DNA from: Lytechinus pictus
Lineage: Eukaryota
DNA length: 64,000 nucleotides
Reading direction: 5' to 3'
NCBI RefSeq assembly: GCF_037042905.1
Contig: NC_087252.1
Span: forward strand, 17,858,001 to 17,922,000
A program made the position numbers and the translations under genes. The notes under the pieces are model-generated. The model was not told the origin of the DNA. It did not search any database and worked only from the letters and a program-made list of their open reading frames with translations. This document shows positions 1-13,042 of the stretch, in pieces. The stretch's first letter is position 1; each line of letters begins with the position of its first letter.

Positions 1-627
1 CTACATTAACATCCCCTTTCTTTGGAAAATGAGGCTCTTCTCCTCATTTGGAAAAAAAAATCTACAAATAGATTCCTAAGGTTATTTTGAAAAGTGAGTG
101 AAACCACAATAGTGTATCTTTGATTGTCCACTGAACTTCCACTCTCGCTCTCATACTTACTAGTAACACTAAAGAGGATTAAACTTATTCTTGATCTTAA
201 CTGAATTCAACTTATAGATATAACACATTGAATACATTCACAAAACATATAAAAGAAAGAATCTATCAATATTGATACTATTTATATTAATTGGTGCAGA
301 CTTATTATCCACTATGAAACAATCAGCAAATATTATTAAATTAATGTTCATTAACTACATAGTACAAACTTCTTCAAATTAAACGGTGAAGAATACAGAT
401 TAATTTCAGCCAATCCTATTGTGTTACTCTATCTCTAACACTGAATTATTTCAAGGAATAACAGTAATAACAAGAAAAAAATGTTTGCTATATAAATCTT
501 AGCATCTGATCAACATGATAATTGGCGGAAAGTTAAACAGGTGCGCCCTCGAAATGACAGTCTCTCTATGTTAGGAAGGCCTTTATGTACTTCAAATGAA
601 GCAATCAACATAGAACTCAATCATTAC

Positions 628-1542
628 TGTTATACATGTATCTAAGTAAAATTGCAAGAGAAATTACATTCATTTTATTAAGTTATTTTCTCTTTAAGGA
701 TATTCCTAGCATAGAATGATTAAGAATATTCCAAAATGTCTCAGTAAAGCTCTATGGTAAGTCTTTGTTAGGCCTACATCAATTATAATGAGTACTGAAT
801 AATTGCTGTTATTTCAGGAATGTCCCAAGACAATAAAGCCAACATGCAGTGAAAAGGACAATATGATTAGCTATTTTGTTTACATTGTTAATTTCACTGA
901 GGTCAGTCAAGAATGTTCTGAAATTAGACTGCTCTAGAAATTGGCAGAATGTTCTTTTTGTAGACAATACTTGAAGCTTCCAGAATAGTGAATGATTTGT
1001 ATATGAGCTGGCAGTTTCTTCAAGGACATCATCACATCACATCAGACCGGAACTCCGAGTTTCACACCAGACTTTATGTCAGAGCTTAGTTTATTTCCGA
1101 TTGGAACGAACATAACATCAATGAACTGTTTGCAGTTACTTTGAGAGAGGAATTCTCAGTTCTCATCGAGATCATCAACCTGTTTTAATGAACGCTTTTC
1201 AACCCATGGATTGCTGAAATGACTGTAAATCATCATCAACATCGTTTTCACAGACATTTCAACTAGTTACAGTGAATTTTTGTTATTCATCGTGCTTTAA
1301 CATCAATTTCATCATCGCCATCATTATGAACTTTAATTAAAGGAATCTTCGCCAAATGACTTGGATTTTATTTGGATATACTATCATAACTTTGGATTGC
1401 ACATCTGACACTTCCAAGAGATGTAAGATCAATATTGGTTTATGTTTTGTTAGTTTATGATTGTTATATTTCCTGTAATAAAAAAAAGGGAAATCAAATT
1501 TAAAACTAAATTTTCATTTTTATTTGTTGCAGTATCGTAACA
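628..1542 (+). mobile_element. Solo LTR (Gypsy-like, 4-bp TSD)
   Basis: Begins TGTTA and ends TAACA. Flanked by TTAC at 624-627 and 1543-1546. AATAAA at 1477-1482 near the 3' end. Confidence 0.65.
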
Positions 1543-1623
1543 TTACTATCATCCCTATCCTGTAGGAGAATATATTTCATATTCATGTTATAAAATAAAA
1601 AAATAAACAAGTACTTTCAAACC

Positions 1624-2960
1624 TGTTAGATATCATCATATGACAAGTATAAATTCAAACTTATCTTGGTAATCAACCTTGCAATGATGAATATTTGTTT
1701 AATAAATGTACTATGATAAACTGTACATCCTGCAGTGCTTTGTCTCATGTAAGTCTGGTTAAAAATAAAATAGCAATAAGATCCAACGACAACATAACAT
1801 GGTGGAGAACCCGGGAAATTTTGAAGTGACCGATATAAGACATTATGCGAGCAAATTTGGAGTGGAACTCATACAGAGTAGGATGATTTAGTTAGTAAAC
1901 CTATTGTTTATATACTTCAGAATTTGAAGTGGAAATAGATGCACATCTCCCTAAGATATGAGAATGCCCGCAGCTCGAAAAAATTGTTGATATATACATG
2001 TATGATTTATTGTGGAGTATCACTTAGTTGTAACATATCATAATGTATACACTGTCAAAAATGAAGTGCTAATAATTTAGCACTTACAGTGCTTGTATAG
2101 TTACTGCACTACGAGTGCTGATTTTCTCGTTTAAATTGAACTAGGAAATTAGCACTCGTAGTGCAGTCACTATACAAACACTGTTAGTGGTAAATTAGCA
2201 CTTCATTTTTTACAGTGTACTGATACTGTTCTGAGACATCTCAAATTGCCCAAATCTTATTGAAGAAATAGTGTAATTGTATTTTGTTAGAACAAAATAT
2301 TATTTTATAAGAACATCTTGTTGCCGATTATTAATCAAGCATTTCATTGATTGCCATAAAAATATGAAATATTTTAATTCAAATTCATTTAGGTTTATTA
2401 AGGTAAACTTTGATATAACTAAAGTTATCTTTGTGTAATATTTTTCAGGCTATGTTACTTTATGTTTAGTAGATATACGTTGATGTAGATAGTAATCATT
2501 GCTTATGTAGAGTGTTAAGGGAAATTATAGTTCAGTAGAAGGTAAATGAACAAGTTTCACAAATATTATTTTGTTTTATATGAATTGTTATTGCTGACTC
2601 TATTGGACCATTATATCAATATTGTTTTTAAACAAATGTGGGAAAGCCACATTTTCTAACAAAAGGGGATGTTATGTGATGATAAGACATATCTCACATA
2701 TTCAATAATATATCAGTACATAATCAATACTTTTACAAGAAGTATAACAGGAAACTTATAATCAATTCCAACTTTCTTAAGAAAGAATTACTCATTCTTC
2801 TTCCAGCTAAACTTCTGACGCACACACATTTCATGGGTTTTTTTTCACTATATTTCATGTTCTCCCTAAAAGGTCAACTCCCCAATTCAGAGTAAAGAGA
2901 TTGTTTTGGTCAAGCGTCCAAGGTTGACCAACACCTGTTTGGTTGTAGAGAGTCCATGAC
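1624..2960 (+). mobile_element. Non-coding LTR retroelement remnant (LTR end, PBS, internal region, PPT, LTR start)
   Basis: ACATAACA ends at 1799 and is followed directly by TGGTGGAGAACCCGGG (PBS-like, resembles the complement of a tRNA-Ala 3' end). Purine tract AAAAGGGGA at 2661-2669 is followed by TGTTATGT, the inverse of ACATAACA. Outer boundaries uncertain. Confidence 0.5.
2050..2217. mobile_element. Palindromic MITE with CACTG...CAGTG ends (CACTA/EnSpm-like)
   Basis: Near-complete inverted repeat (CACTGTCAAAAATGAAGTGCTAA / TTAGCACTTCATTTTTTACAGTG), TA on both sides. Confidence 0.8.
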
Positions 2961-2964
2961 TAGA

Positions 2965-4123
2965 CAGGCGTAACTACGGGGGGGGGGGGCATGGGGGCAC
3001 GTGCCCCTCCCCCCCCCCCAATCGGCTGAAAAAAAAACGGGGAAAAGGAGAACAAGAGGGAGAAAGAAAGAAAACGTTGTGGGGGATGAAGAAATTATTG
3101 TATATTATATTATACTATGCTATGTTATATATTACATTATATTATATGACATAAGAAATATTTGTCATAACTTAATGAAACATAATTTGCCTAGGGCCTA
3201 TGTGTTCATCAATCCTGGTGCTCGCATTGTCTGTATATTTCCTGTTATAATAAAACATCCGGTTTTCAAATCAATTATAGGCCTATAGTTCCTGTTATTG
3301 TTTTATGTAGTGGCATGATATTATGCTTCTTTTTCATGATTACCTAAAGTGATTTCCCCCTTTTAAGGTCTAAATATAAGACATTTCCAATCCGTATGTA
3401 CGCTCGCGTCAGTGGATTGGTGAGATATGTTAGCTCTTCATGAATAAAAAAAAAAATTCTTAAAATGTCAATTTTTCTAATCTGAATATCGAAAATTTTC
3501 AGCTCGCTCTTCCCGATCGCATCATTTGTATAGTGAAAGCCATGGTCTTAGTGAATCCCTACGAGCAAGCATTAGAATGCACCTATTCAGGTTTGAATTT
3601 AAAAAATTTTCATCTCGCACTTCGCGCTCGCATTATTTGCTTAGTGATATACGTATCATGTTCATGATCACACTGACTACAAAAAGTGTTTCATGTGTTT
3701 AAATGTAATTCTAACCAAAAAAAAGCAAGCGCTTGGCGCTTGCATTAGATGGCTATGGTAACATACGTATGCTCTTTATGAATTAAAAAAAAAGTCCTGT
3801 TCGGAGTCAATATGTGCAAAAAAAAATTTAGCTCGCGCTTCGCGCTCGCATTGTTTGTTTAGTAGACAGGTATGTATCATGATTGTACAAAATAGCTTAT
3901 AATGTCTCTTTTTTAGGTCTGAATATAACAAAAATCAGCTCGCGCTTCGCGCTGCCATTAATTGATGAGCGAGATACACATCCTTTTAATGGCACAATCC
4001 TTAAAATTTCCCTTTCAGGTCAGTAAAGGCCTACCTGGCAATTGAGCGCGCTTCGCGCGCCCACTAAATGACTCAAATTTTTTGCTGGTGTCCCCCCATG
4101 CCATGACCCAAGGTACGCCACTG
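2965..4123. mobile_element. Non-autonomous hAT-like element with internal GCTCGCGCTTCGCGCTCGCATT repeat array
   Basis: Ends CAGGCGTA / TACGCCACTG, poly-G/poly-C subtermini, degenerate flanks ACTAGAC/ACTGGAC, motif about every 105-110 bp. Confidence 0.65.
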
Positions 4124-4933
4124 ACTGGACCAATATAAAAGGGGTTCACTTCTGAACCCAAATCAGATTGGCTAGCGATTGCAGAATCGATATAGTAATA
4201 TGTGTAATATTCCAATTTGGAATGTATATTTAATAGACTTATGAGTTAATTCTCTGAATAAAAATGATTGCATATCAAAGGTAATCAAAAACTTTTATAG
4301 ATTCCGTCAAAATATCAAAATGCGTGATTTTCGACATTTTTTTTTCAGATTTTACGCTAAAAAAGATACTTTCACGCAAAAGTGCACTTGACATCCGCCC
4401 GTACATTATTCCTCAGTATTTCCGCAAGACTTTAAGCTGGGATGCTAAGAATTTACAAATTTTGCTATCCAAGGTATAAAAACTCGTTTTAGTATGTACT
4501 TATACAATGTAATTGTGTACTAATGTACGGTATTTTTAATTTTTCATTAAAAATGCGCACCTGGTAAAATACACATTGTCTCCTTTCGGATAACATAAAA
4601 TGAGATACCTTCCATCTTACTGAAACATTATTTAAGTTGCGTAAAAAAACTTCAAACTATTGACAGTTTTCAGAAACTTTTATTTTGAGGAAATCGCGAT
4701 TTTATGTTTCACTGTGCCATATGTGTGTGTAATATTCAAATTTAAAATGCATATTTTTTAGACTTATAATTTAAAACTCCAAATAAAATGATCGCATATC
4801 AAAGATAATCAAACATTTAAACATATTCCGTCAAAATATCAAAATGCGTGATTTTTGACATCCTTTCACATTTTACGCTAAAAATGACACTTACACGCGG
4901 CAAAGTGCGCTTGGCATCCGGCCATATGCTATT

Positions 4934-7900
4934 TAGTCCAAGAGCATTATGCCAAAATAGGCTTAAGAAAGGAAATATCTGGTAACAAGCTGATTTTTTC
5001 AGGATAGGTCCAGGAAAGTGTCTAGAATAACATACTATAAGTCCCCATAAATCCTTCGTGGGGGTTTTCCGAAATCCAAGATGGCGTCCAAAATGGCCGC
5101 CATTCACAGAAAATAGACATAACTTACTCATTATTCACACTAAACATCAAATTTGGGTGCATATTTCATGGTTTAAAGATGAAAGAGATCTAGTGATACA
5201 GATAAGAGTGAAAATAAGCAGACTAGGGTACCTTAAAATCCAAGATGGCGTCCAAAATGGCTGCCGAAGCCTAAAAATCCACTATTCATCTCTTACTTTC
5301 TTTAATGTCTTCAATTTTATTTCTATTCAATGGTTTTAATGATCAAGAAATAAATTGGGACAAGTTAAAAGGATAGTCAGTGGTCAAGTATGTCCGATAA
5401 TGCAAGGTGGCTTCCAAAAATGGAGTCTAAAATGGCTGTTTTTACTTACAAATGGACATAGTTCACTTGATATCTACCTGAGATATATGATTTTGGTGTC
5501 TAAACCATGGTTTGAAAAGTCAAATAATACATTTGGACAGGTTTAAAGGACATTCAGTGGTCAGGTATGTCCAAAAATTCAAGATGGCTTCCAAAAATGG
5601 AGTCTAAATTGACTGCTGTTACTGAAAAATTGACATACTTCATTAAACAATCTACGTGAGAGATATAATTGTGGTTTCTAAACAATGATATAAAGGGTCG
5701 AATAATATATTAGCACAAGTAAAAAGGACAGTAAGAGGTTCGATATGTCTAACAATCGAAGACGGCTTCTAAAAATGGAGTCTAAAATGGCCGCTGTTAC
5801 ATACATATTGACCAAGTTCATTTAATATCTGCATAGGATATAAGATTTTGGTGTCTTAACCATGGTTAAGAAGGCCAAATAATATGCCTAAAACTGCCAG
5901 ATGGCTTCCAAAAATTGGGTATAAATGATTGGTTACTGTTATTTAAAAATCGACAGTTTGTTTAATATACACCTAAGAAATATGTTTTTTGGTGTCTAGA
6001 CCATATGCCAGTGGTCCAGTATGTTCAGAAATCCAAGGTAATTTCCAAAAATGGAGTATAACCCAGTTATATCTGGAGGAGAGACTTGTGGATCATAGTG
6101 ATTTAGTTTGCTTTCTGCCTCCTAGGCATAAGTGACGCCAAAACAAATGATAAGGAAAATGACTTCTTAGACTTACAAATGGACATAATTAAATGAATTT
6201 CTGCCTGATATATGGTTTTAAGGGTCAAATAATATTTTGGGATTGTTTTCAATGATAATGCAGTTGTCCATTTTTCCTAAAAAATACAAAATGGCTTACA
6301 AAATGGCGTGTAAAATACTTCAATCAATTAAAATGATCATTATTCATACAATATCATAATGTGAGGAATAATTGTGGTGTCTACGCTTAAATACATTTGG
6401 AAAAAGTAATCTTAATGATTTAGGAGTAGGTAACAGCAGGCATTTTTGCTCAATTTGGGAACCAAATTGCACATATAATGGAAAACTAAATATTCTTGCG
6501 ATCGACTTGTCCTAAATATATATTTGACATTTCAAACCATAGTGCAGAGAAACAAAAAATATTGAGTATGACTATTTCTAAGCGATGAGAGTTAAACGCC
6601 ATACTGGAAGCCATCTTGGATTATGAAGGAAAATGGATAATTGCATATCATCATAAGCTGTCCCAAAGTATTATTTGACACTTGAAACTATAATAAAGAC
6701 ACCCAAATAATTATCTCTCAGGCGGATATGTTATATTGTAAGAAACATCAGCCATTTTTAGACTCCATTTTTGGAAGCCATCTTGGATGTTTGGACATAG
6801 TGGACCACTGACTGTCCTATAGTCAGTTGTCCCATTGTTTTATTTGGCTCTTAAACCAAAATTATACCTCGCAGGCAGATATCAAATAAAGTATGTATTT
6901 TCATTAAGTACAGACGGTCAATTTATACTCCATTTTGGATTTTTGGACATACTAGACCACTGGCTGTCCTTTAACTTGTCCAAATGTTTGTATTTGACCC
7001 TTCAAACCATGACCTAGACACCAAAATCTTATCTCCCATGCAGATATTAAATGACCAATGTCAATTTGTATGTAACAGCAACCATTTAAGACTCCATATT
7101 TAGAAGCCGTCTTAATTTTTTTGACATACTGGACCTATGATTGTCCCTTCTACTTGTGCTTATGTATTATTTCAACACTTAAAACCATAGTAAAGACACC
7201 ACAATCATATCTCTCAGGTGGATTTTTAATAAAGCATGAACATTTTTCAGTAACAGCAGTCAATTTAGACTCTATTTTTGGAAGCCTTCTTGGATTTTTG
7301 GACATACTTAACCACTGAATGGCCTTTTAACGCGTCCAAATGTATTATTTGACCTTTCAAATCATGGTTTAGACACCAAAATCATATATCTCAGGCAGAT
7401 ATCAAAATAACTATGTCAATTTTCCAGTAACAGCGGTCAATTTAGTCTCCATTTTTGGAAGCCATCTTGAATTTTCGGACATACTTGACAACTGACTGTC
7501 ATTGTAAATTGCCCCTATTTATTACTTGACCATTAGGACCATTAAATAGAGACAAAATTAAAGACATTAAAGAAAGTAATTGATAAATAGTGGATTTTTA
7601 GGCTTTGGTAGCCATTTTGGACGCCATCTTGGATTTTTAGGTACCCTGGTCTGCTTAGTTTCACTCTAATCTATATCACTAGTTTTTTTTTTTCTCTCTT
7701 TAAACCATGAAATATGTGACTTGTCATGTCTAAATCAGACAGAAGTCGCTCGATACCAAACTGAGAAAATGGGTAAAATGCTAAAAATCTTCAAAAATGT
7801 CGAAATTTTAATTTTTACATTTTAGGGATGTTCAATGTTTCAAGTATACTCTGTCAAAAAATCAATCGAAAATGATAACGGGAAAGTGTCGAAAAAACAG

Positions 7901-9865
7901 TTTTTCTGCAAGTGTTTTTTTCGGACAGTTCGAACTTTTCTGACACTCTGCTCGTTCAGCAAGCTCAAATCTTCGTGCTGTACTAAGCTCCGCCCCTAGC
8001 AACGAACGCCATTTTTGATTGGCTATTCATAGTCACGTGCGGCCGGCGGTGAACGAAGAGGATTAATATTAGCTGAAATCGATGAGCTGGAGCTAAGCTG
8101 AAGCCATTTAAACTCGCGGGGGGGGGGTGGGCTTGTCCAACGTTTGCAACTTAAATCAGATATACCATTATTTTTGTTAATTGAAGAGATGGGATAGCAA
8201 AATAAGCATGTTCACCTATAATTATGGCGGCAAATTCCAAAGGGAAGAACAGAGAACGTGCTGAATTTGGATCATAAGATCAGATAAAACCCCCACCTCC
8301 CCGCCCGCGCTTCAAAAAGATAGATCAAAAGCATCGCTTTTCAAAACCATGCCTGTTAAGAAAAGTTTACTAACGGAATGCGAATTATAAAGGCCTTAGG
8401 TTTTTCGAACTGGCATCCCGTTAGTAAACTTTTAAGGCCTTAGGGCCTTTAGAATTCGCATCCCGTTAGCAAACTTTTCTTAGCAGGCATGCTTTTGAAA
8501 AGCGATGCTTTTGATCTATCTTTTTGAAGCGCGGGCGGGGAGGTTGTAATAGAACTGGGAAGGGCGGGGGCGTGGGCGATGGATACTGAGTTGAGTATTG
8601 GGTCTCAATAAAAGCCCAGGACAAAACGTATTCAAAACACGGTTTGTAAGTGAGGATTAATTTCATTGAAATTACAAAGGATATCATGCTGAATTGAGAA
8701 ATCTTTTATTTAATCTTAGGCCCATTATCAGGATTTTTTTTCATTAAGCGTTAAACTTGAGATGGCATTTTCAAAAGAATGATTCTCAAATCCTTAAAAA
8801 TATTGATCGTCAGTGGATGCGTGTTGATTTATTAAGTTTCAAGAGAACAACGAAAGAAATAAAATCTATCATATCATTCTTCCCTCGCTCTGTTGGGTCA
8901 CTGTGTATTCCCACGTCTTATGTTTTTTTGTGTATGTGAGTGGCCATTGTCATAGGTATTTATTTCATTTGCAATTCATTATGAATAACTATTGTTATCC
9001 GAGGGGTCTACGATCCAGAATTCTAAGTGGACCTCTCCATTTCCAGCGAAATATTAATTCACCATCATTTTTTTTTTATACAATGAATTTTATCAATTTT
9101 AGTTTCACAATTATAACTGAAAGATAGATTGCATGTATTCTATAATTCTACTTTGCATTATTGTCAGGTTACTTGTATGATTTTTGTATTTTTGTTGGAA
9201 GTGAGAAAAAATAAAAACTGAACTGAACTGGAATTGTAGCGGGAATAATCATAATCACTTATTCAAGATAGGGAAAGCGGGGTCTGGAAATGTATACTGT
9301 ACTGTAAATTTTGTAAAGATATAGGGGATTAGAATCACATCAATCCCTTTATGAATCAAACCTCTCGCCGTCAAATTTCCTCGTGTCGTTTGAAGAAACG
9401 ATAGCATTAGCGACATGTTAAAACAAAGAGTCCTTGTAACTTGCCCCTATTTATTACTTGACCATTAGAACCATTAAATAGAGACAAAATTAAAGACATT
9501 AGAGAAAGTAATTGATAAATAGTGGATTTTTAGGCTTTGGCAGCCATTTTGGACGCCATCTTGAATTTTTAGGTACCCTGTTCTGCTTAGTTTCACTCTA
9601 ATCTATATCACTAGTTTTTTTTTTATCTCTTTAAACCATGAAATAATTATGCACTGACATGTGATGTCTAGTGTGAAGAATGAGTGACTTATGCCAATTT
9701 TCTGTGAATGGCGGCGATTTTGGACGCCATCTTGGATTACGGAAAACCCCCACCGAGGATTTATGGGGACTTTTAGTATGTTATTTTAGACACATTCCAG
9801 GCCTATCCTGAAAAAATCAGCTTGTTACTAGAAATTTCCATGTTAAACCTAATGCTCTTGGCCTA
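4934..9865. mobile_element. Academ-like non-autonomous foldback DNA transposon
   Basis: TIR TAGTCCAAGAGCATTA / TAATGCTCTTGGCCTA and 3-bp TSD ATT (4931-4933, 9866-9868). Long inverted arms made of ~180-bp subrepeats. The interrupted host repeat (compare 4230-4470) resumes after 9868. Confidence 0.8.
8295..8544. repeat. Inverted repeat/hairpin, ~105-bp arms
   Basis: 8295-8400 is the reverse complement of ~8438-8544. The spacer contains a partial third copy. Confidence 0.85.
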
Positions 9866-10739
9866 ATTCTTGGGTATTTCTGCAAGACTTTTAGCTGGTA
9901 TGCCAAGCATTAACAAATTTTGCCGTTGAATCCTTATCTAGAGCCTTTTTTGACATTTGGCCGGTCAACTAAATGGCGAATTTCATTATTTACTCGAAAT
10001 AAATGATTCATTAAAGACGCTGGGTGATTCTGGTTTGTTAAACTGATAATACAATGACTCAACTTATTTTTTTGGTAAGACAATCTGTATTGCGTTAATC
10101 ATTTGAAATAACGGCTTACTATGTAGCAAATATGCAGCGGCGTTTCATTATGCTAGAATATTGGAAATTCAGGTACAAATCTAGTTAAGTGATTTAATAA
10201 CGGTTGGATTAAATATTCATTTGAATTTGTTTATTGCACCAACATGGCGAGTGTAACTAGATACTACCTCAAATACATTATCAATGTGATATTTTCATGG
10301 GAATTTGTCATGGATTTGTTGATGATATCCATGAAATGAGGATGATGTAGATATTAGCTGTGTTTCTACCCCCCCCCCCCCTACACACACACACAGACAC
10401 ACCGATATATCTAATAAAAAAATAATGTGTAAATATTAGCCCCGATTTCGAATTGACAAAATGAAAGAGACGTTATATGTTATTGTGTAAAAGCAAGAGA
10501 AAACAACAAATGAAAATATGTTTGATATACGTGTATAAAATGAAAAGCAGTTGGCCAAATGTGGGACACTGAGGAAGCCTACAATATATATTACTCCGTT
10601 CTGATATAATTATGATTATCAATGAAAACACAAGTTTCTATATTATTTTTCTTTGATAATAAATTTTCATTTTTCTCACAAGCTTGATATCTGCCATTCA
10701 TTTCTGTAGTCTATACCTGGAACAAACAGATAAGGATTG

Positions 10740-11270
10740 ATGAAGGATGGTGATGATGTTGATAGTAATGGTGGTGATTAAAATGATAGTGAATACGATG
10801 GCGATGTTGATAGTTATGATTGCGTTTAAGATGGTAGAGGTGATGGTTTTGTTGATGATGGTAATGGTATTGATGGAGATGATCGTGACGATGGTGGCGA
10901 TGATGATGGTGATGAAGGTGTTGAAGATGTTGAAGATGTTGATGATGGTAATAGTAGTGATTAAAATGATAGTGAATACGATGGGGATGTTGATAGTTAT
11001 GATTGTCTTTAAAATGATGATGGTGATGATGGGTTTTTTATGCTGGTAATGGTGGTGATGGAGATGATTGTGAAGATGATGGTGATGATTATAGTGATGA
11101 AAATGAAAGTAAAGATGATGGTGATGATGATAATGGTAATGATTGCAGTGGAAATGATAATGAAAACTGTGGTGGTGCTAATCTAAGTAATGGTTGTGGT
11201 AATATTACTGGTAGTCATCATGGCAGCTATAATTGTAATGAAGACGATTATGGTGCTGAGAAAGGTGCAG
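10740..11270. repeat. Degenerate (GAT/GGT)n low-complexity tract
   Basis: Direct reading. Produces the spurious M/V-rich ORF 10747-11049. Confidence 0.9.
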
Positions 11271-12109
11271 TGTAGGTGACAACGAAGATCTGAATTTGGA
11301 AGATTTTTTTTTTAGTGATCTTTATTATTCATTCAAATAAATTTCATACATACATAATCAAGGAAATATATAACAAAATGATAATTGCAGCAGTGCAATA
11401 CACAAATTAAATAACACTGTAATAAATATAGCAGGCAACCTGTATCAGAACAGAGACATAATCCGAAATCATGCAAAAATAACAATAACATTTCAACAAT
11501 GGAAGATGATCGTTGATCGCCATCACGTTGACCAAAGGTTACTGTGATGGGGTGATGGTCATTGGTGCAATATTGCAAATCTAAATTATAACTCTTAAAC
11601 TAAAACTATAAGCTTAAAAGAGAAATGGCGAGCTATTTTGGGTGGCGTTATATACCTGGATAAATTTGTTTAGTCCGGCAAGGAAGGTGATACTGAAGAT
11701 GGTGAGAATATTGATGATGGTAATAATAGTGATGAAGAATGATAGTGAAGATTGTGGTAATATTGGCAGTAATGATGGTGGTGTAGATGATAGATAATCA
11801 TTGGTGGTGATTGTGGATTGTGTTAAAGAACGGTATAATGGTGGTGAGAAGGGGGGGGGGCTAGAATATAGTTTTTTGTTTTATCTATAGGAAGAGTGCT
11901 GAAGTGTGACGTCATCGATTTAAAAAAATCGTTTTTATATCATATTTTGGTTTGGCATGTTGAAAACCTCCACAACCCGAATCTTGATGGAAATCGGCAA
12001 ATGGAACGACAGAAACGACATAATATATAACAAAAAAAAAATCTGCCGTAACAATGGAGACTTCTGAGACACCCATGGCACACGTTTATCTTCTTCCATG
12101 CATGGTTAA

Positions 12110-12338
12110 GGGCGGAATTCTATCCCCAAAGGTAGGGGGACCAGGGGCTGGAAAATTTGACAAGGAAAAAAAAAGTTTTTACCCCAAAAATTAAGGTCAT
12201 CTCGTCCAAAATACATGTTTTATTTCGATTTCTTTCTCTCCATAATAAAACATCAAGACATAGTAGGGGGCATTTGATATTGTGTACCCCTTACTATTTT
12301 GGGTAGGGGGACGCGTCCCCCTGGGATTTCCGCCCATG
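12110..12338. mobile_element. hAT-like MITE (left end clipped)
   Basis: GGGCGGAAT / ATTTCCGCCCATG ends. CATGGTTAAG repeated at both junctions. Confidence 0.55.
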
Positions 12339-12487
12339 GTTAAGCGCGCCGAGTCAATACCAAGCTTTCGATTGTCTGCGACTGCAACGTAGTCCTAGCT
12401 AGTTCACCGGAAGTGGTTACACCGCTCGTTCAGTATCACGTTCGTACATTGATGAAAACAGTTTCGATTAAGTCGACGTACCCGTAC

Positions 12488-13042
12488 CCCGGGGGGGCCA
12501 CTTACATTGACGAGTGGATACCATGCGCGACCAAAAAAACACGTAAAAAGGATGTCTTTTTCACGATAGGGCACGTTACGTACGTAACGTGATAAGGGTG
12601 TCAAAAACACAAAAATAATGAAAAAAGGGTATCTTTTTCGCTAGGACAATTACGTGTTTAGGGTCGAATTTGTGGGGATGATAAAACAAAATTAAAATGC
12701 TTTATAAAGGATGTCCTTTTTGCCCCAACACTTCGTGTTTAGAGTCCAATTTGCGCGAGGTGTAGAAGCTAGGTGGGGTCGTACTAAAGCAAACAAGGTA
12801 AAGCCGACGGCCGAAGTACCCGTAACAATAAAACATTCCTGAACTTGTTTAGGGGTTCATTTCAGGGAATATTTGCCAACAGTATCGTTTTGTTTCCAAT
12901 ACTTGTTAAGGGTAGGGTTTCACACGCCAATACTTGTTAAGGGGTGCATTTTCAAAATATGGAAATTACGTGTTTAGGGTGCTTTTCGAGACCCCGTGGT
13001 CGCGCATGGTATCCACTCGTGAATGGAAGTGGCCCCCCCGGG
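12488..13042. mobile_element. MITE with CCCGGGGGGGCCACTT TIR and 8-bp TSD
   Basis: ~42-bp TIR (CCCGGGGGGGCCACTTxCATTxACGAGTGGATACCATGCGCGACC). Perfect TSD ACCCGTAC at 12480-12487 and 13043-13050. Confidence 0.9.

Noticed and set aside
3400..4062. Repeat-spacer pattern as a CRISPR array
   Set aside because: Eukaryotic context, degenerate repeats, ~80-bp mutually related spacers, inside hAT-like ends, no cas genes.
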